From Octopus bimaculoides (taxonomy: Eukaryota), in assembly GCF_001194135.2 (NCBI RefSeq), contig NC_068995.1, forward strand, positions 15,674,125-15,708,734: a stretch of DNA of 34,610 nt. Reading direction: 5' to 3'. Under the pieces are notes generated by a model. The model saw only the letters and a list, made by a program, of their open reading frames with translations, had not been told where the DNA came from and ran no database searches. How positions within the stretch are numbered: position 1 is the stretch's first letter; each line of letters starts with the position of its first letter. Of this stretch, positions 11,317 through 23,060 are shown piece by piece. Position numbers and translations under genes: made by a program.

Positions 11317-13271
11317 CTCCTTTACAAAAACAAGTACTCGAACCCAGAACCACCGAAATCTCTCCAGTTCTTTATACCGTAACCACTACTCTTCTAAAGT
11401 TGTTTGTTTTCTAAATACCCATTCAACTATAATTACACGACAGTAACGGATAACCCCTTCTTCCTACAGACGATATCATGTTTTTTTTCTTCTAAACGAT
11501 GCTCTAAATTCAACTTGTTTTATCCATTATCTCTAAACTAGCAGCTCCCGGGAATTCCTCTGTTTTCTAAGTCTTCTCGACTGACATTAGTTTCTTTTGA
11601 ATCAATCGCTTTGCCCGCATCGATGAGAGAGAGATAGTGAGATAGATACCTTTAATTGCATCGACACCAAGTGAATAGTGAAATTTTTGTCATCGATTTT
11701 GGAAGAATAAAGGTCAAAGTTGACTCTGATAGGATTCGCAAAGGAAAAAAATTGATTTCTACCTTGGGCGTAAAGCCAATATTTGTTTGCAATCTCAAAG
11801 AAAATGAAAGACTGATTCGACACAAAAGGGTATTTCAGCTCAGAATCTAACAAGATGAAACGAGATTCTGTGTAAACCATATACTGCAGTATTACTTCTG
11901 TTAATTCGATCACAGGCTTGTCAATAAATATTGATTTCCAACATAGTCACAATATCCTAAGACGTTTAGTGAGATTTTATCATCTCAAGCGGTTCATTTG
12001 GACTTATTTTATGAACCAACGAAGGATCAAAGTTAAAAACGACTCTGGCTGCATTTAACCTGTCGCTTTACTAATTCTAGTATCTGCAACCTTTTTACAA
12101 AAGAAAATAAAACAATTGTAAGAAAGATGTTCAAGGCCTCCGAGTCCACCAGGAAAGAATCTGTAAGGTTGACGGTTTGCATCTTGTCATTATTACTGTG
12201 TCGCATTCATGGTGTACATGGTATAGACATCTATAAAATGATTCGCCCTATTTTGCCTACAAAACGAGTAATGTAAGCAGATCACTTCGTTATTTACAAT
12301 CAACTATAGTACTGTAAACTTGAGCGCTAACTTACAATGCTGAGGTAATTTTCTTCTGTGAACCAGCGATATCGAGATAAGAATATTTTTTAATATCTCA
12401 GATGTGTCCCAGATACAATATTTCGATGGGTATTCCTTCCCAAACACTTTCAGGCTATATTCTGTGCTATACAGGTGATTGAACGTGAAATATTTACTTG
12501 AGTCAAATGAATCTCTTGTTCTAACTCGTGACCGAACAACACCAAAAGTAAGAATTGAAAATAATCTGCTCACAACATATCCCTTCTTCCGTATCAAAAC
12601 ACTTCAACGAAGTTTTACATTTTAGCCTCCTTCTGTAAAGCAGTGAGAATGTAGCGGGCGCGGATCTTCTGATTGAACCAAGAAAACCGATTCATTTCGT
12701 TTTGTTATTGATGTTGTTTATTGATCGCAGCTCTGGACAAAAGTGGCACCGTTCTTTTTGCTCTCGCTAACAGGAAACTGGGTTTAAACTCAGAACGAAG
12801 GGAGCTAGAATCTATTCTGCCAGACATCCTGTCCGACATTCGAACAATACTGCCAATCAACTGACCTGAGCTGATACTTTATCTATTGATCTCTAAACCT
12901 GTGTTTCTTATAAGGCATGGTGGACAAATTGCAATACTTAGTAAAATTTAAGTGGTTTAAATTTTTTATAACATGTCAAAACTATGATAAAGAAAGAATT
13001 ATATGGATGTGCTCAGTTTTGTCTCCTTATTACTAAACTGAGGAGCAAAAATTTTTGCGCAAGATATATTGATGGTGGGGACTTTGGAATTTTCAGTTTG
13101 AAGAACAATTGGCCTAAAAGTTGAACGGCAAAATTGGATTTAGAGCGTAGGGACATATACCGTAATACATTTTTCTCCGACGTTATAACTACTCTGCCAA
13201 CACATTGCCTCCAGAAAGAAGAGATAATATTACAAAAACAAACAAATAAATAAATAAATAAGAAATTGGTT

Positions 13272-13481
13272 AAAAATGTTGGCAAAAGGCCAGTAAGTTC
13301 GGAAAAAGGCTTAAGTCGATTAGATGGACCTCAGTGCTCAACTGGTACCTATTTTATCGACCCCGAAAGGAGAAAAGGTAAAGTCGATGTCGGCGGCATT
13401 GGAACTCCGAAGGGAAAGATGGACGAATACCGATAAACATTTTACCCGGCGCGCTAAAGATTCTGCCTGTTCACCGTCTTA
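13272..13481 (-). mobile_element. SINE-A, ending ~43 nt from the ITIH donor at 13523
   Basis: CTGGTACCTATTTTATCGACCCCGAAAGG..AAAGTCGA..TTCTGCC is the reverse complement of the family-A core and head. Confidence 0.8.
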
Positions 13482-13523
13482 CAAAAATCTAAAAAATTAA
13501 ATTAAAAAAATCTACAAACATAC

Positions 13524-13774
13524 CTGAATCTTGAACTGGAACCGATGGATTTACAGATCTTAACGGTGGTACTTGTAGAATGTTGATTTTATTGGATTCT
13601 GTTATGTATACTTCAATGCTCATATCTTTTATAGGTCGACACGGATTAATATAAATGATGTGCTCATAGAAGCCCAACTTTCGCTTCAAAAGTTCCTGGT
13701 AGCGGACCTTAAACAGAACTTGTTTTTGCGCTCCGAGTTTGATGGTCGCTGAAAACTTCGTCGAGCCGCGTGGT
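13524..13774 (-). CDS. ITIH: ITIH-like gene exon (VIT domain C-terminal half)
   Basis: Acceptor attattttag|A and donor TCAG|gtatgt; 251 nt, phase 2 to 1. Encodes PRGSTKFSATIKLGAQKQVLFKVRYQELLKRKLGFYEHIIYINPCRPIKDMSIEVYITESNKINILQVPPLRSVNPSVPVQDS, containing the hallmark FxxxYQELLKRKLGxYE motif. Confidence 0.94.
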
Positions 13775-14129
13775 CTAAAATAATGATATAAAAAGATGAA
13801 ATAATAAATAAAATGATGTTCATTCATCAGAAAATGGCAGTCGCTAAGAATTGAATCTGCACAAACGAAGCTAAAACATTCCTTATAAATGTGTCTATGA
13901 ATGTCTTTCAAATAGCCACAAAAATCTCCAGCATATTTACAGATAACCCAGAAAAACAAATTACTTTAAAAATAATACAATAGTGAAAATAATAACTGTA
14001 AAAAAAACTGACAGCACCGTTTTATCGTGTCCGAACATTTAAAAACTGACCGTTTCCATGTAAAAATTTAATTTTGTAAACATAAAAAAAAAACTAAAAC
14101 TTCTGCAATACATTATTAACGGCTTTTAA

Positions 14130-15310
14130 AATACTTCAAAGAACGAAAAGGTGGTTTTATGCTCGTCCACGACATACCGCAGCAATAATGCAGGAAACAG
14201 TCACTAGCAGAAAACCAAACACTCACTATTGCTAATTACATTCAAATTGCAAAAGACGGCTTTTTTTTTTTTTTTTTACATAGAGAACAGTTCTACAACA
14301 TACACATAACAACACTGTCCTCGCCAATCGTAGAAGATCATTACCCCACAAACTACAGCAATTTAATACTATTAAATAACCGTCATCAGAGAAAATTACG
14401 ACTTATGTTTTTCAAAAAGTAGAGTTATAAATTTATAATTTTCAAATATTACACTTCGAAACAAAGGCGGTGAAATGTCAGCAACTAAACTTCTTTTTTG
14501 ACTCCCAAAATAACCAACACAAGCGCAGATACTTCACGAAGTCAAGTACAGCAACTATACTCCAGATATTAAATTCTCCCCACACTTAACCACAACAAAC
14601 ATTTGACGAAGCAATTTTCCAATTTCATCGGTCCACCTTCTAATTAACATCAAAACACGCCCAGACATCAACACCGAAAGCAAAAACATCGTTTGAAACT
14701 TGGAAAAATAGAAATAAAACAAACCTCAGTAGAACGAATTCTTGCAAGAAACAGAATCAAGGCTTTCAGAACTCAACAATACCGTAATCATCAAGATAGA
14801 CACTTTAATTCAACAGAATAATTATAGACGTATCTAAAAAAACCATATCCCATAAGGCAACATAAAAATAAAATCTCAATCAAAGACCATAAATAAACGA
14901 CCTCATAAAAAGCGGAGACAATTTCAAGCACAATACACCAAAGCCACACACAACCGAAATAAAACACGACATCAAACGACTAAAAATAGGATGTAAAAAT
15001 AAATAAATCATCGTGGAACAGAAAACATTTGTATCCAAACACAAAGTTAACAGTAAAACACATTACAGTATAATTAACAACAACATCAACGACAGCGGTG
15101 ACATCACACGCCATGTCACAATGACACCAAAGATATGTCCGTACGAGGAGACATTTCTCGAAATGAAGCCACCAAAAAGCTCCAGAAAATAGTACCGAAC
15201 ACACACAGAAAAAAAAAATAAATACGGGCCTTTCACCAAGATCGAAATTTTGGTCCATTACTTCCATTAGACATCAAAATGCAGTAAGAAAATTTAAAAG
15301 AAAATCAAAC
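14130..15310 (+). mobile_element. Decayed APE-type LINE ORF2 N-terminal region (Jockey/I-like)
   Basis: Strong A/C skew. Frame-broken motifs KGGFMLVHDIP (GGG.xxLVH), QTLTIANY (LTIANxY) and ILLN fit an endonuclease region. No intact ORF. Confidence 0.5.
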
Positions 15311-16620
15311 TGGGAAAAATTATAACAATTCTGAGTAGATTCTCATCTGTAGAATTTCTTGAAGGGTGGTTACATGATATCAACAATATGACTGAGTGGA
15401 AAATAGGTATAGTAAGGGAACTGGCTGCATATTAATCAGAAGGAAGGCAAGAGGTTATGTATACATTACAGAGAATAGAAAAACTTCGATAAAATGAGAA
15501 TATCAATGGAATTAGTAGACACTAATTACGTGTGTGTGTGTGAGAGATTTTGAAAGCTAAAGACAATGAAACAAGGAAATAACTCCAATGGAATGAATTG
15601 AATGAATTTTTTTTTTGTGTGACAGTCACGAACATTTCTAATACATTGAATCTGTCAATTTGTCGTCACAACGTGAGTGTAAGTGTGTTTGTCAGTTTTT
15701 ATCAGGTTTCTTCGTAATCAAATGATTTAAAGAAATGTTTTCTACTATAGCATCGACGTAGGCCATCACTTGTTTGTGCATTCGGGTAGTGAGAATCCAT
15801 GCATGAAGCTATCGGCTAGAGGGCACCTGACAAATTATGAAATATCTTCGCTTTCCCCAACTAGTTCTGTTTTCTCCTCTGACAAAGCACGAAACACACT
15901 CACGCACACAGCATACATTCATGCATATCTAACATTGGTAGAAGATTATAAATTTAGCGGTTGGTCGAATAGATCTTTCCAACCATGCTAAAGATCTGCA
16001 TTTCACTTCTCTCGTTCAGACTACGCGCGCGCGCGCGCACACACACACACACATTAAAAACACATTTGGATTTACGCACATACAGTGGATAATTTAAAAT
16101 GTAACAGATATACAAACTTGCTGAAAGGGGTAACGAAATGGAAATTTGAGCACCTCTTGTGTAACGTGTACAAAAGTCAGTTCAGTTCGTCTTGAAGTTT
16201 AGGCTGGGCTTACACTCTACTATTTAGACGGTCTCTGTGATTTACCTTAACATAGCATTAGAAACATGGGTAGATAAGATACCGAACCTACCCACTACAT
16301 TGCTATCATAGGTTCAGAGGTTGATTTTGGTTTGATAGTTTTCTACTTATGACTGATACTATGTTGGGGTATGTCACTGAATTTACCTACATGTGAAATG
16401 TAAATTTAGCCTTAACTTCAAGTCAAAAAACAACATTGTTCCTTGACCTTTTTTTCTCTTACTTTTCTTTTTTCGCTGTGGATAGAAAAAGTCAGAACCG
16501 ATATATTTAGTTTGTAGTTTTCGACGACCTTCATCAGAGAACAAACACCCATCTTATGTCCAATGAGAAATTAGTAGCTTATAGCTAGTTACACACACTA
16601 AAACTTTCTTTATTACTTCT

Positions 16621-16802
16621 CTGGGCGAAATGTTTAGCGGTATTTCGTCTGTTTTACGTTCTGAGTTCAAATTCCGCTGAGGTCGACTTTGCCTTTCATC
16701 CTTTCCTTGTCGATCAATTAAGTACAAGTTGCGTACCGGGGTCGATTTAATCGACTGGCCCTCTCCCCCAAAATTTCGGGCCTTGTGCCTAGAGTAAGAC
16801 AG
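16621..16802 (+). mobile_element. SINE-A, slightly 5'-truncated
   Basis: Closely matches 4283-4498 from GGGCGAAATG through GCCTAGAGTA. Confidence 0.85.
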
Positions 16803-17684
16803 ATTTTTTTGTTTCTATTTATTTTTCTGTCATTGCAGAGATAAAACCCGTGGAGTAAAGAGTTTGACCTCTTTTCACAAAGACGTTAAAACTGTATATT
16901 TTCAAAAAGTCATAATCTACATTTCTGATTTTGGACTCATTTAGAATTGTCTTCCATATAAGATTAAATTCAACAAAATTTCACTTAGAAGCCTTTGGTT
17001 AACACGTTAATATTGTAGATGACGCTTTAAGCTGTGAGCAACGCTCGTGAAGAGAAAATCCTAAATTTACAGCCAACACTGCACTCATATGTGTGTGTGT
17101 GCATATTATATATATTATGCAGGATGTGTAAAAATAAGTATACAGTAAGTGTCGCATCAATGTTATAATACTTAATTCATTAAAATTATATCAAATTAGC
17201 CTCATTTTTGGTATTTTCAGTGTCGTTAATCATAATAATACATTTATCATGAGTATAATACTTTTATCGTAAGTCTTAATCTTTTGACAAGAATAAATGA
17301 GTATTGTACGTGTTTAGTTTATTCATAACTCTATACCTACTTTTGCACCACTTTGTATATCGAAAATAAGTATATACGTATTTACATATAAATATATACA
17401 TATATGTACTTGTGTGTGTGTACATAAAATTTACAATATACACATATCTATATATATTGTCATATTTATATACCTATATGTACATATATACAAATACCTA
17501 CAAATTTATACATACTTGCATATTTGCACATACTCACACATACGCCCACACACAAACACACACATATACTCCATCTAACGTTTATTAAGAAGTCGGTACC
17601 ACTTAAGTAAATTGAATAATGATTGCATGAAAAACGAAAGGTTTTATTGAGGAATAGGAAATGATTAATTTTATTGCCACTCAC

Positions 17685-17786
17685 AACTGTTCTTGGCTGT
17701 TGAATTTTTTATCTTCCTCATCTGTTTCATGATCAGTTTGATTCATTTGGTGGATGTGGCCTGGGTATTCCTTGCCATCGATCACC
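17685..17786 (-). CDS. ITIH: ITIH-like gene, next exon (VIT domain, divergent acidic segment)
   Basis: Acceptor cttgttatag|G and donor TT|gtgagt; 102 nt, phase 2 to 2. The first G completes ATG with the previous exon. Encodes VIDGKEYPGHIHQMNQTDHETDEEDKKFNSQEQ(L), and IDGxxYPG is the canonical continuation after NFSM. It is not on the ORF track because it is short. Confidence 0.9.
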
Positions 17787-17999
17787 CTATAACAAGAAAG
17801 AAAAGAAACAAAAGCAAAAATAAAAACAAACGATATTAGATACAAATGTACATATCGTAATAGAATAATATAATTTTTATATGGAAGCTGAGTAAATATT
17901 CATAATGACATTCTCTATATTTTCATTGACCTGGCTTGGCATTTTATTTGACTGTGTTTTTCTCTCTGCGTATTTTGCTTTCTAAATTCATTTATTTTG

Positions 18000-18414
18000 A
18001 GGCTGCGAGCTGGCAAAAACGTTAGCACGCCGTACAAAATGCTAAGCTTAGTAAGATGACAGGGTAACACCGTTTGTTAGGATAGGTTGGGAGAAAGATG
18101 AGATGAAATAAAATAAAATAAAATGAAGTAAAACAGGGTAAGATACAATAGTGAGGGAAATAAAATAAAAATAATGTAAAACAATATAATGTAACAAAGG
18201 TAACAGACTAAATGAAGGTTTAATTTTCTGTAATAGGTAGGCGGATATAAATATTTAAAAAAATAAAAAGATCACGGATAAAAAGCATTATGTTCTGAGT
18301 TCAAACTCCGCCGAGGTCGACATTACCTTTCATCCCTTCAGAATTGATAAAATACAGTACAAGTTGAACACTGGTTCTCCCTCAAAATTTCAGGTCTTCT
18401 GCCTATAGCAGAGG
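18000..18414 (+). mobile_element. SINE-A split by a ~241-bp insertion (18048-18288)
   Basis: Head GGCTGCGAGCTGGCAAAAACGTTAGCACGCC..AAAATGCTAAGC stops at 18047 and resumes as TATGTTCTGAGTTCAAACTCCGCCGAGGTCGAC at 18289. Confidence 0.75.
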
Positions 18415-19457
18415 ATTTTCGCATTTATGTATATAATTATTTTGTTACTGGTATCAGTCATTGGACCGTGGACATACTGTGGCAACGTCTACAAAGACTT
18501 TGTCGATAATTTGAGTCGCACAATTTATTATAATGGGGACCACATTTTATCGTTGAATATCTGTCCGTCCACTACACTCGGGACATTAAGTGACACAGAT
18601 TAGCTAACAACACTGATTTTTAGAATAAAACAAACAAATGCATAAATTATTGCGGGATTAGGAAACAAGTATGCCATTGATGCAGAGAAGTGGGGATTGA
18701 GGGGCAAACACCAGTCCGGGGAGCCCCAGCTCCTTAAACAGATGTGGTAATAGTGCAACCAGATAAGAAGCTATCGAACTACGATGTGGAAAGTGGATGG
18801 AAACCCAAAGCGCAAAGTTTGGGTAAGAGGTTCGCATGTCAGAAACAGCTGAAGGCTTCACTGATGTTGAGGGTGTTAGCATTACTTCCACCAAATACCG
18901 CCAAGGTATAAGCCTACTTGCAGAGGTAAGAGAATTACTAGGTCATCTGGATATGCGTAAACCATAATGGTGGTCCTTATATATATACACACACACTTGT
19001 GTGTGTGTGTGTGCGTGTGCGTAATGTATGTTGGTATACCAATATTTCTAAGTGGATGTCTTATTCATGTGAAACCACAGATAAAGAATATTTCTCCAGC
19101 AATGCTGTGCTGAGCGCCCGTTCTCATTAATCGAATGATAAATTAATCTACGCTAAAAAGGGGACGATTTTTAAGAGATGAATGTCACTTTTGGACCAAC
19201 GTTAATGTTACTGTCCCAGATGAGTACACGATTTTTGTTTTTGGTGTTAGTATTGTGCCTCGTTACCTGGTTTTGTTAGCATGGCTCTTCCTTCTGAATC
19301 TCTCTCTCTCCACGCAAGCGCGCGCACACACACATCACAAAGCAAATGCAATGTAATTACTTATAAATCCTTTGAATGGCCATCCTTAACCACTGAATAT
19401 TCCCTAAATAGAAAAAAAAAAAAAAGAAAATTGTTTTGACAATATATCCCACACACA

Positions 19458-19586
19458 AATTCCGCCTAGGTCGATTTTGCTTGTCATGCTTTCGTGGTCG
19501 ATAAATTATGAACCAGTTGTGTACTAGGATCGATCTAATCGACTGGGCCCTTCCTCCAAAATTTCGGGCCTAGAGTAGAAAGAATA
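19458..19586 (+). mobile_element. SINE-A, 5'-truncated
   Basis: AATTCCGCCTAGGTCGATTTTGC...AAATTTCGGGCCTAGAGTAGAAAG. Confidence 0.8.
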
Positions 19587-20024
19587 TATTCCAGCCTAAC
19601 CCTAACACACACACACACGCTCACACACAGAGCTGGTCATACCATGAACAGAAACCACCTATTCAATTCAAAAGACCTTTTTTCAACAGAATTCCTGAAA
19701 CTTGAACTCTTGAACTCCACTTCCAAAGCTACAGAGCTCAAACATACATACACTAAAATTAAATCTCACTATGCGCTAAAACATGGGTACAAATTGTTAA
19801 CCCCAATGTTTTTTAACTTCCTAAAAAGTTCTTTTTAATATTTAATAAGACGGATACATAGAAACCGGTAATATTTTAAATCACTGACTGTAACAAAAAT
19901 ATTAAACATTCTCTAAAATATACTTCTGTGCCTTTTCGAACTTTATTTACTTTTTTAATCATAATTTCATCTATCTATCTATATATATATATCTGTGTGT
20001 GTATGTGTGTGTTATAAAAAGGAT

Positions 20025-20660
20025 ACAGCTCCTATCCAAATCATGTAGATTCATAGAATCGGTTTCTGTGATGTATATATTCCCCACTGTGGACGCGCAA
20101 TGGCCCAGTGGCTAGGGAAGAGGACTCGCGTTCGTAGGATTGCGGTTTCGATTCACAGACCGTCCGTTGTGTATGTTTATTGAGCGAAAATACCTAAAGC
20201 TCCACGAGGCTCCGGCACGGGTGGTGCCGAATCCTGCTGTACTCTTTCGCCACAACTTTCTTTCGCTCTTTCTTCCTGTTTCTGTTGTACCTCTATTTCA
20301 AAGGGCCAGCCTTGTCACACTGTGTCACGCTGAATCTCCCCGAGAACTATGTTAAGAGTACACATGTCTGTGGAGTGCTCAGCCACTTGCACGCTAATTT
20401 CACGAGCAAGCTGTTCCGTTGATCGGATCAACTGGAACCCTCCGTCGTCGCAACCGACGGAGTGTCACGCTCGATATTCCCCGCCGGACGGAATGCTGGT
20501 CTAGCGCAAGAATACTAATTTTTTTCAGTTGTGTGGAGTGGAACAGCGTGAAATGAAATGTTTTGGTCAAGCACACAAAACATCGCTCGGTCCAGGAATC
20601 GAAACTACAATCTTACGATCATGGATCTAACACTCTAACCAGTAAGCCACGAGTCTCCAC
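20025..20660 (-). mobile_element. SINE family E (tRNA head at 20660), interrupted by a SINE-D copy; second E head fragment at 20790-20881
   Basis: Minus strand reads GTGGAG..CGTGGCTTA.TGGTTAGAGTGT...GATCGTAAGATTGTAGTTTCGATTCCTGGACC. The 20790-20881 fragment has the same head. Confidence 0.7.
20091..20470 (+). mobile_element. SINE family D (tRNA-derived), full length
   Basis: Head GACGCGCAATGGCCCAGTGG.TAGGG...GGTTTCGATTC. The body is highly similar to 24998-25323 (shared CACCACAACTTTCT, CCCCGAGAACTA, GCTGTTCCGTTGATCGGATC, CGACGGAGTG). Confidence 0.85.
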
Positions 20661-21974
20661 ATCTCCCAAAATTACCTAGTTATACCACAGTCATGTATGT
20701 GTTCTACCTGCCCAATTTACCTATGAATAATGGCAAATGAGACAGAATTACAACATGGTTTATAATTTCAACGAAATATCGGGAAAAATTTCGTTGCCAT
20801 TGCACGATTCGATGTTTGAATCGAAACCACAGTCTTACGATCATGAGTCCAGCACCTTAACCACTAAGACATGCGCCTCCACTGTACATGCACACACACA
20901 AGCCACCTTAGATAACACAAACTATTTATCGGTTTACAAGATCCTTACAGAGTAAATGAATAATGAAAGAATCAGATGAATAATCTTTCTGTCTGTCTAT
21001 CTCTCTCTCTCCTTGTCTGTCTGCCTCTCTGTCTGTCTGTCTATCTCTCTCTATATATATCTACACAATCAAACACACACATACGCGCGTGTGTATATGT
21101 ATCTGAATAATCATATCCTTCTCTTTTAGTATTAGCCTGTGGTCACAAAACAAATAACACTTATAAAATTTTACCTATTGTTGAATAAATATATTTAAGT
21201 GAATGACAGCTTGAAAACGACGACAAGAAACCTAAGACTATTTTGATTGCAAGTTATGCCATATAACGTGATATATATGGTTTTGTGTTTGAATATATAG
21301 AAAATATACAGTAAAAAAAAAGCTCCAAACAAACTACATTTTAATAGCAGAATGAGAAAATGAGACGCTGTAAAAATTGAGATAGATATTACTGTCTGTA
21401 ATACATTTTTCTGTTGGAATGGAAGACATCGATTGAATGGATTTACTTATGTGTGTATGGTCAGAAAGAAATATTTGCTGTAACAAAATTTTCTGTTGGA
21501 ATGACAGATATTGAATGATCGGAGTAAATACTGTGTGAGTGTGCGTTTAGCAAAAAGTGCCCATGACCTACGAGCTTGATGGGCGGGAGATAGCAAGGGA
21601 AGAAGTTATCTTCAAACCGGATATCAGGATTGAGAGCCTGCAACAGACTGGTCTCTGCCAAAGACACAGGCAACGGATTGAGCCTACAACCCGAATATGT
21701 CATGACCAGATTTGAACGCTAAGAACCGGAAAAGATGCAGCAGGTAATTTGGTCAAAGCTGAATTAGTGCTTTCTTTAAAGATCCGAAAAGATTTAAGGC
21801 AAAGTTGACCTGGGCGAAATTATTTGAATTCAGAGTACTAGCAACTGCAACCAAAACATATATATATACATTCGCCAGCTTTCTATTCAAAGGGGGCTAA
21901 TGCTCTTAGGTTAGACTTTTTCGGGTGGGGAGCAACCAGATCGAACCATCTCAAGTGTAACTGCCAGAAATAAT

Positions 21975-22104
21975 CGTGGCTTCTGGAACTTGACTGAGGA
22001 AAGAAATCCACAAATGACCCGTCTCTTTTTACCTGTCCTTTTAATTGTTGTTTCTCTTGTCCGTCTTTCTGTCCGAATGTTTTAATGTCCTTTATTACGT
22101 TTTT

Positions 22105-22139
<35 letters not shown>

Positions 22140-22510
22140 ATAGCGGCGTACGTACTTCATCGTGCTCACCTTATAGTAGGTAGGTATCTCAATTTTGTAC
22201 GACTCTTACTCTATCCTCTATTCCCCCTCTCATTTTTCTTCATTTTTCTCGCTCCCTCTCTCCCTTTCTCACATTTCTTGGTCCTCTCTTTCTTTAACTC
22301 CCACTATTCCCCACTCGTTTATCTCCCCTGTACCTTTCTCTTTGTCTCTGATTTATTTCTGTCCCGTGACTTCTGGAACTTGACTGAGGAAAGAAAGCCA
22401 CGAATGACCCGTTATTTTGGGGGCCTGTCCTTTTAATTGTTGTTTCTCTTGTGTTTGTATCGTCTATCTGTCCGAATGTATGAATGTCTTCTATTGCGTT
22501 TTTGTTCCAT
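21975..22510 (+). repeat. Two diverged direct copies of a ~140-bp unit (21975-22109, 22365-22510), each followed by (TA)n
   Basis: Both contain CTTCTGGAACTTGACTGAGGAAAGAAA.CCAC.AATGACCCG...CCTGTCCTTTTAATTGTTGTTTCTCTTGT...CTGTCCGAATGT. Confidence 0.9.
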
Positions 22511-22799
22511 TATATATATANNNNNNNNNNNNNNNNNNNNNNNNNNNNNNNNNNNNNNNNNTATATAAATAATCACGCGAAGCAGCGTTGAATAAAATAT
22601 ATGCATGTACAATAATAATTAATACATTTGAGTAAATTCGGATGTGAGATGAACTTTCGCCGAGGAAATCGTCTCTCGAAATGAATGCCTCATTGACACC
22701 GAAAGTTTAAATTCGTGGGACTTTGGTGTTTCTGCGTTGTAACGTGTTTCAGCCACGAATACTGAATAGCCTTTCACAGCCCTATAAGACAGTTGACTA

Positions 22800-23060
22800 T
22801 ATACATAGGAGCACCAATCAATGAATTTACTGAAGTCGAACGAGGAACCATTATGTATGAGGTGTGTCTTATCTCGAAATCATTTTCGCAGCCAAATGCC
22901 TTCCCATGTTCGCGTGTGTACGAACGTATTAAATATCATTGTGCATACATACATGGATATATGTATATATGTGTGTGTGTGACACACATCTCCGAAGAGC
23001 GCAGGGTTTCATCATCGGACGGTTACCTATCACTCCGTTGAACTTTGTGCGAAACCGATT
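22800..23060 (+). mobile_element. Decayed Tc1-like transposase N-terminal fragments
   Basis: EFTEVERGTI resembles ELSEFERGxIVG, and QGFIIGRLPITPLNFVRNRL resembles GFxGRRPxxxPLL..xRL. A microsatellite interrupts the two. Confidence 0.45.

Noticed and set aside
16023-16053. (CG)n(CA)n alternating tract with Z-DNA potential
   Set aside because: A common microsatellite variant in this genome, with nothing to indicate function.
16517-16537. Minus-strand CTGATGAAGGTCGTCGAAAAC hammerhead-like core
   Set aside because: Stem II does not pair and no complementary stem I arm follows. At most it is a dead Penelope-type relic.
18650-18960. Locally GC-richer patch with a 78-aa minus ORF (similar patch at 21540-21730)
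   Set aside because: No recognisable motif or splice-compatible structure. Probably retroelement debris, and I could not classify it.
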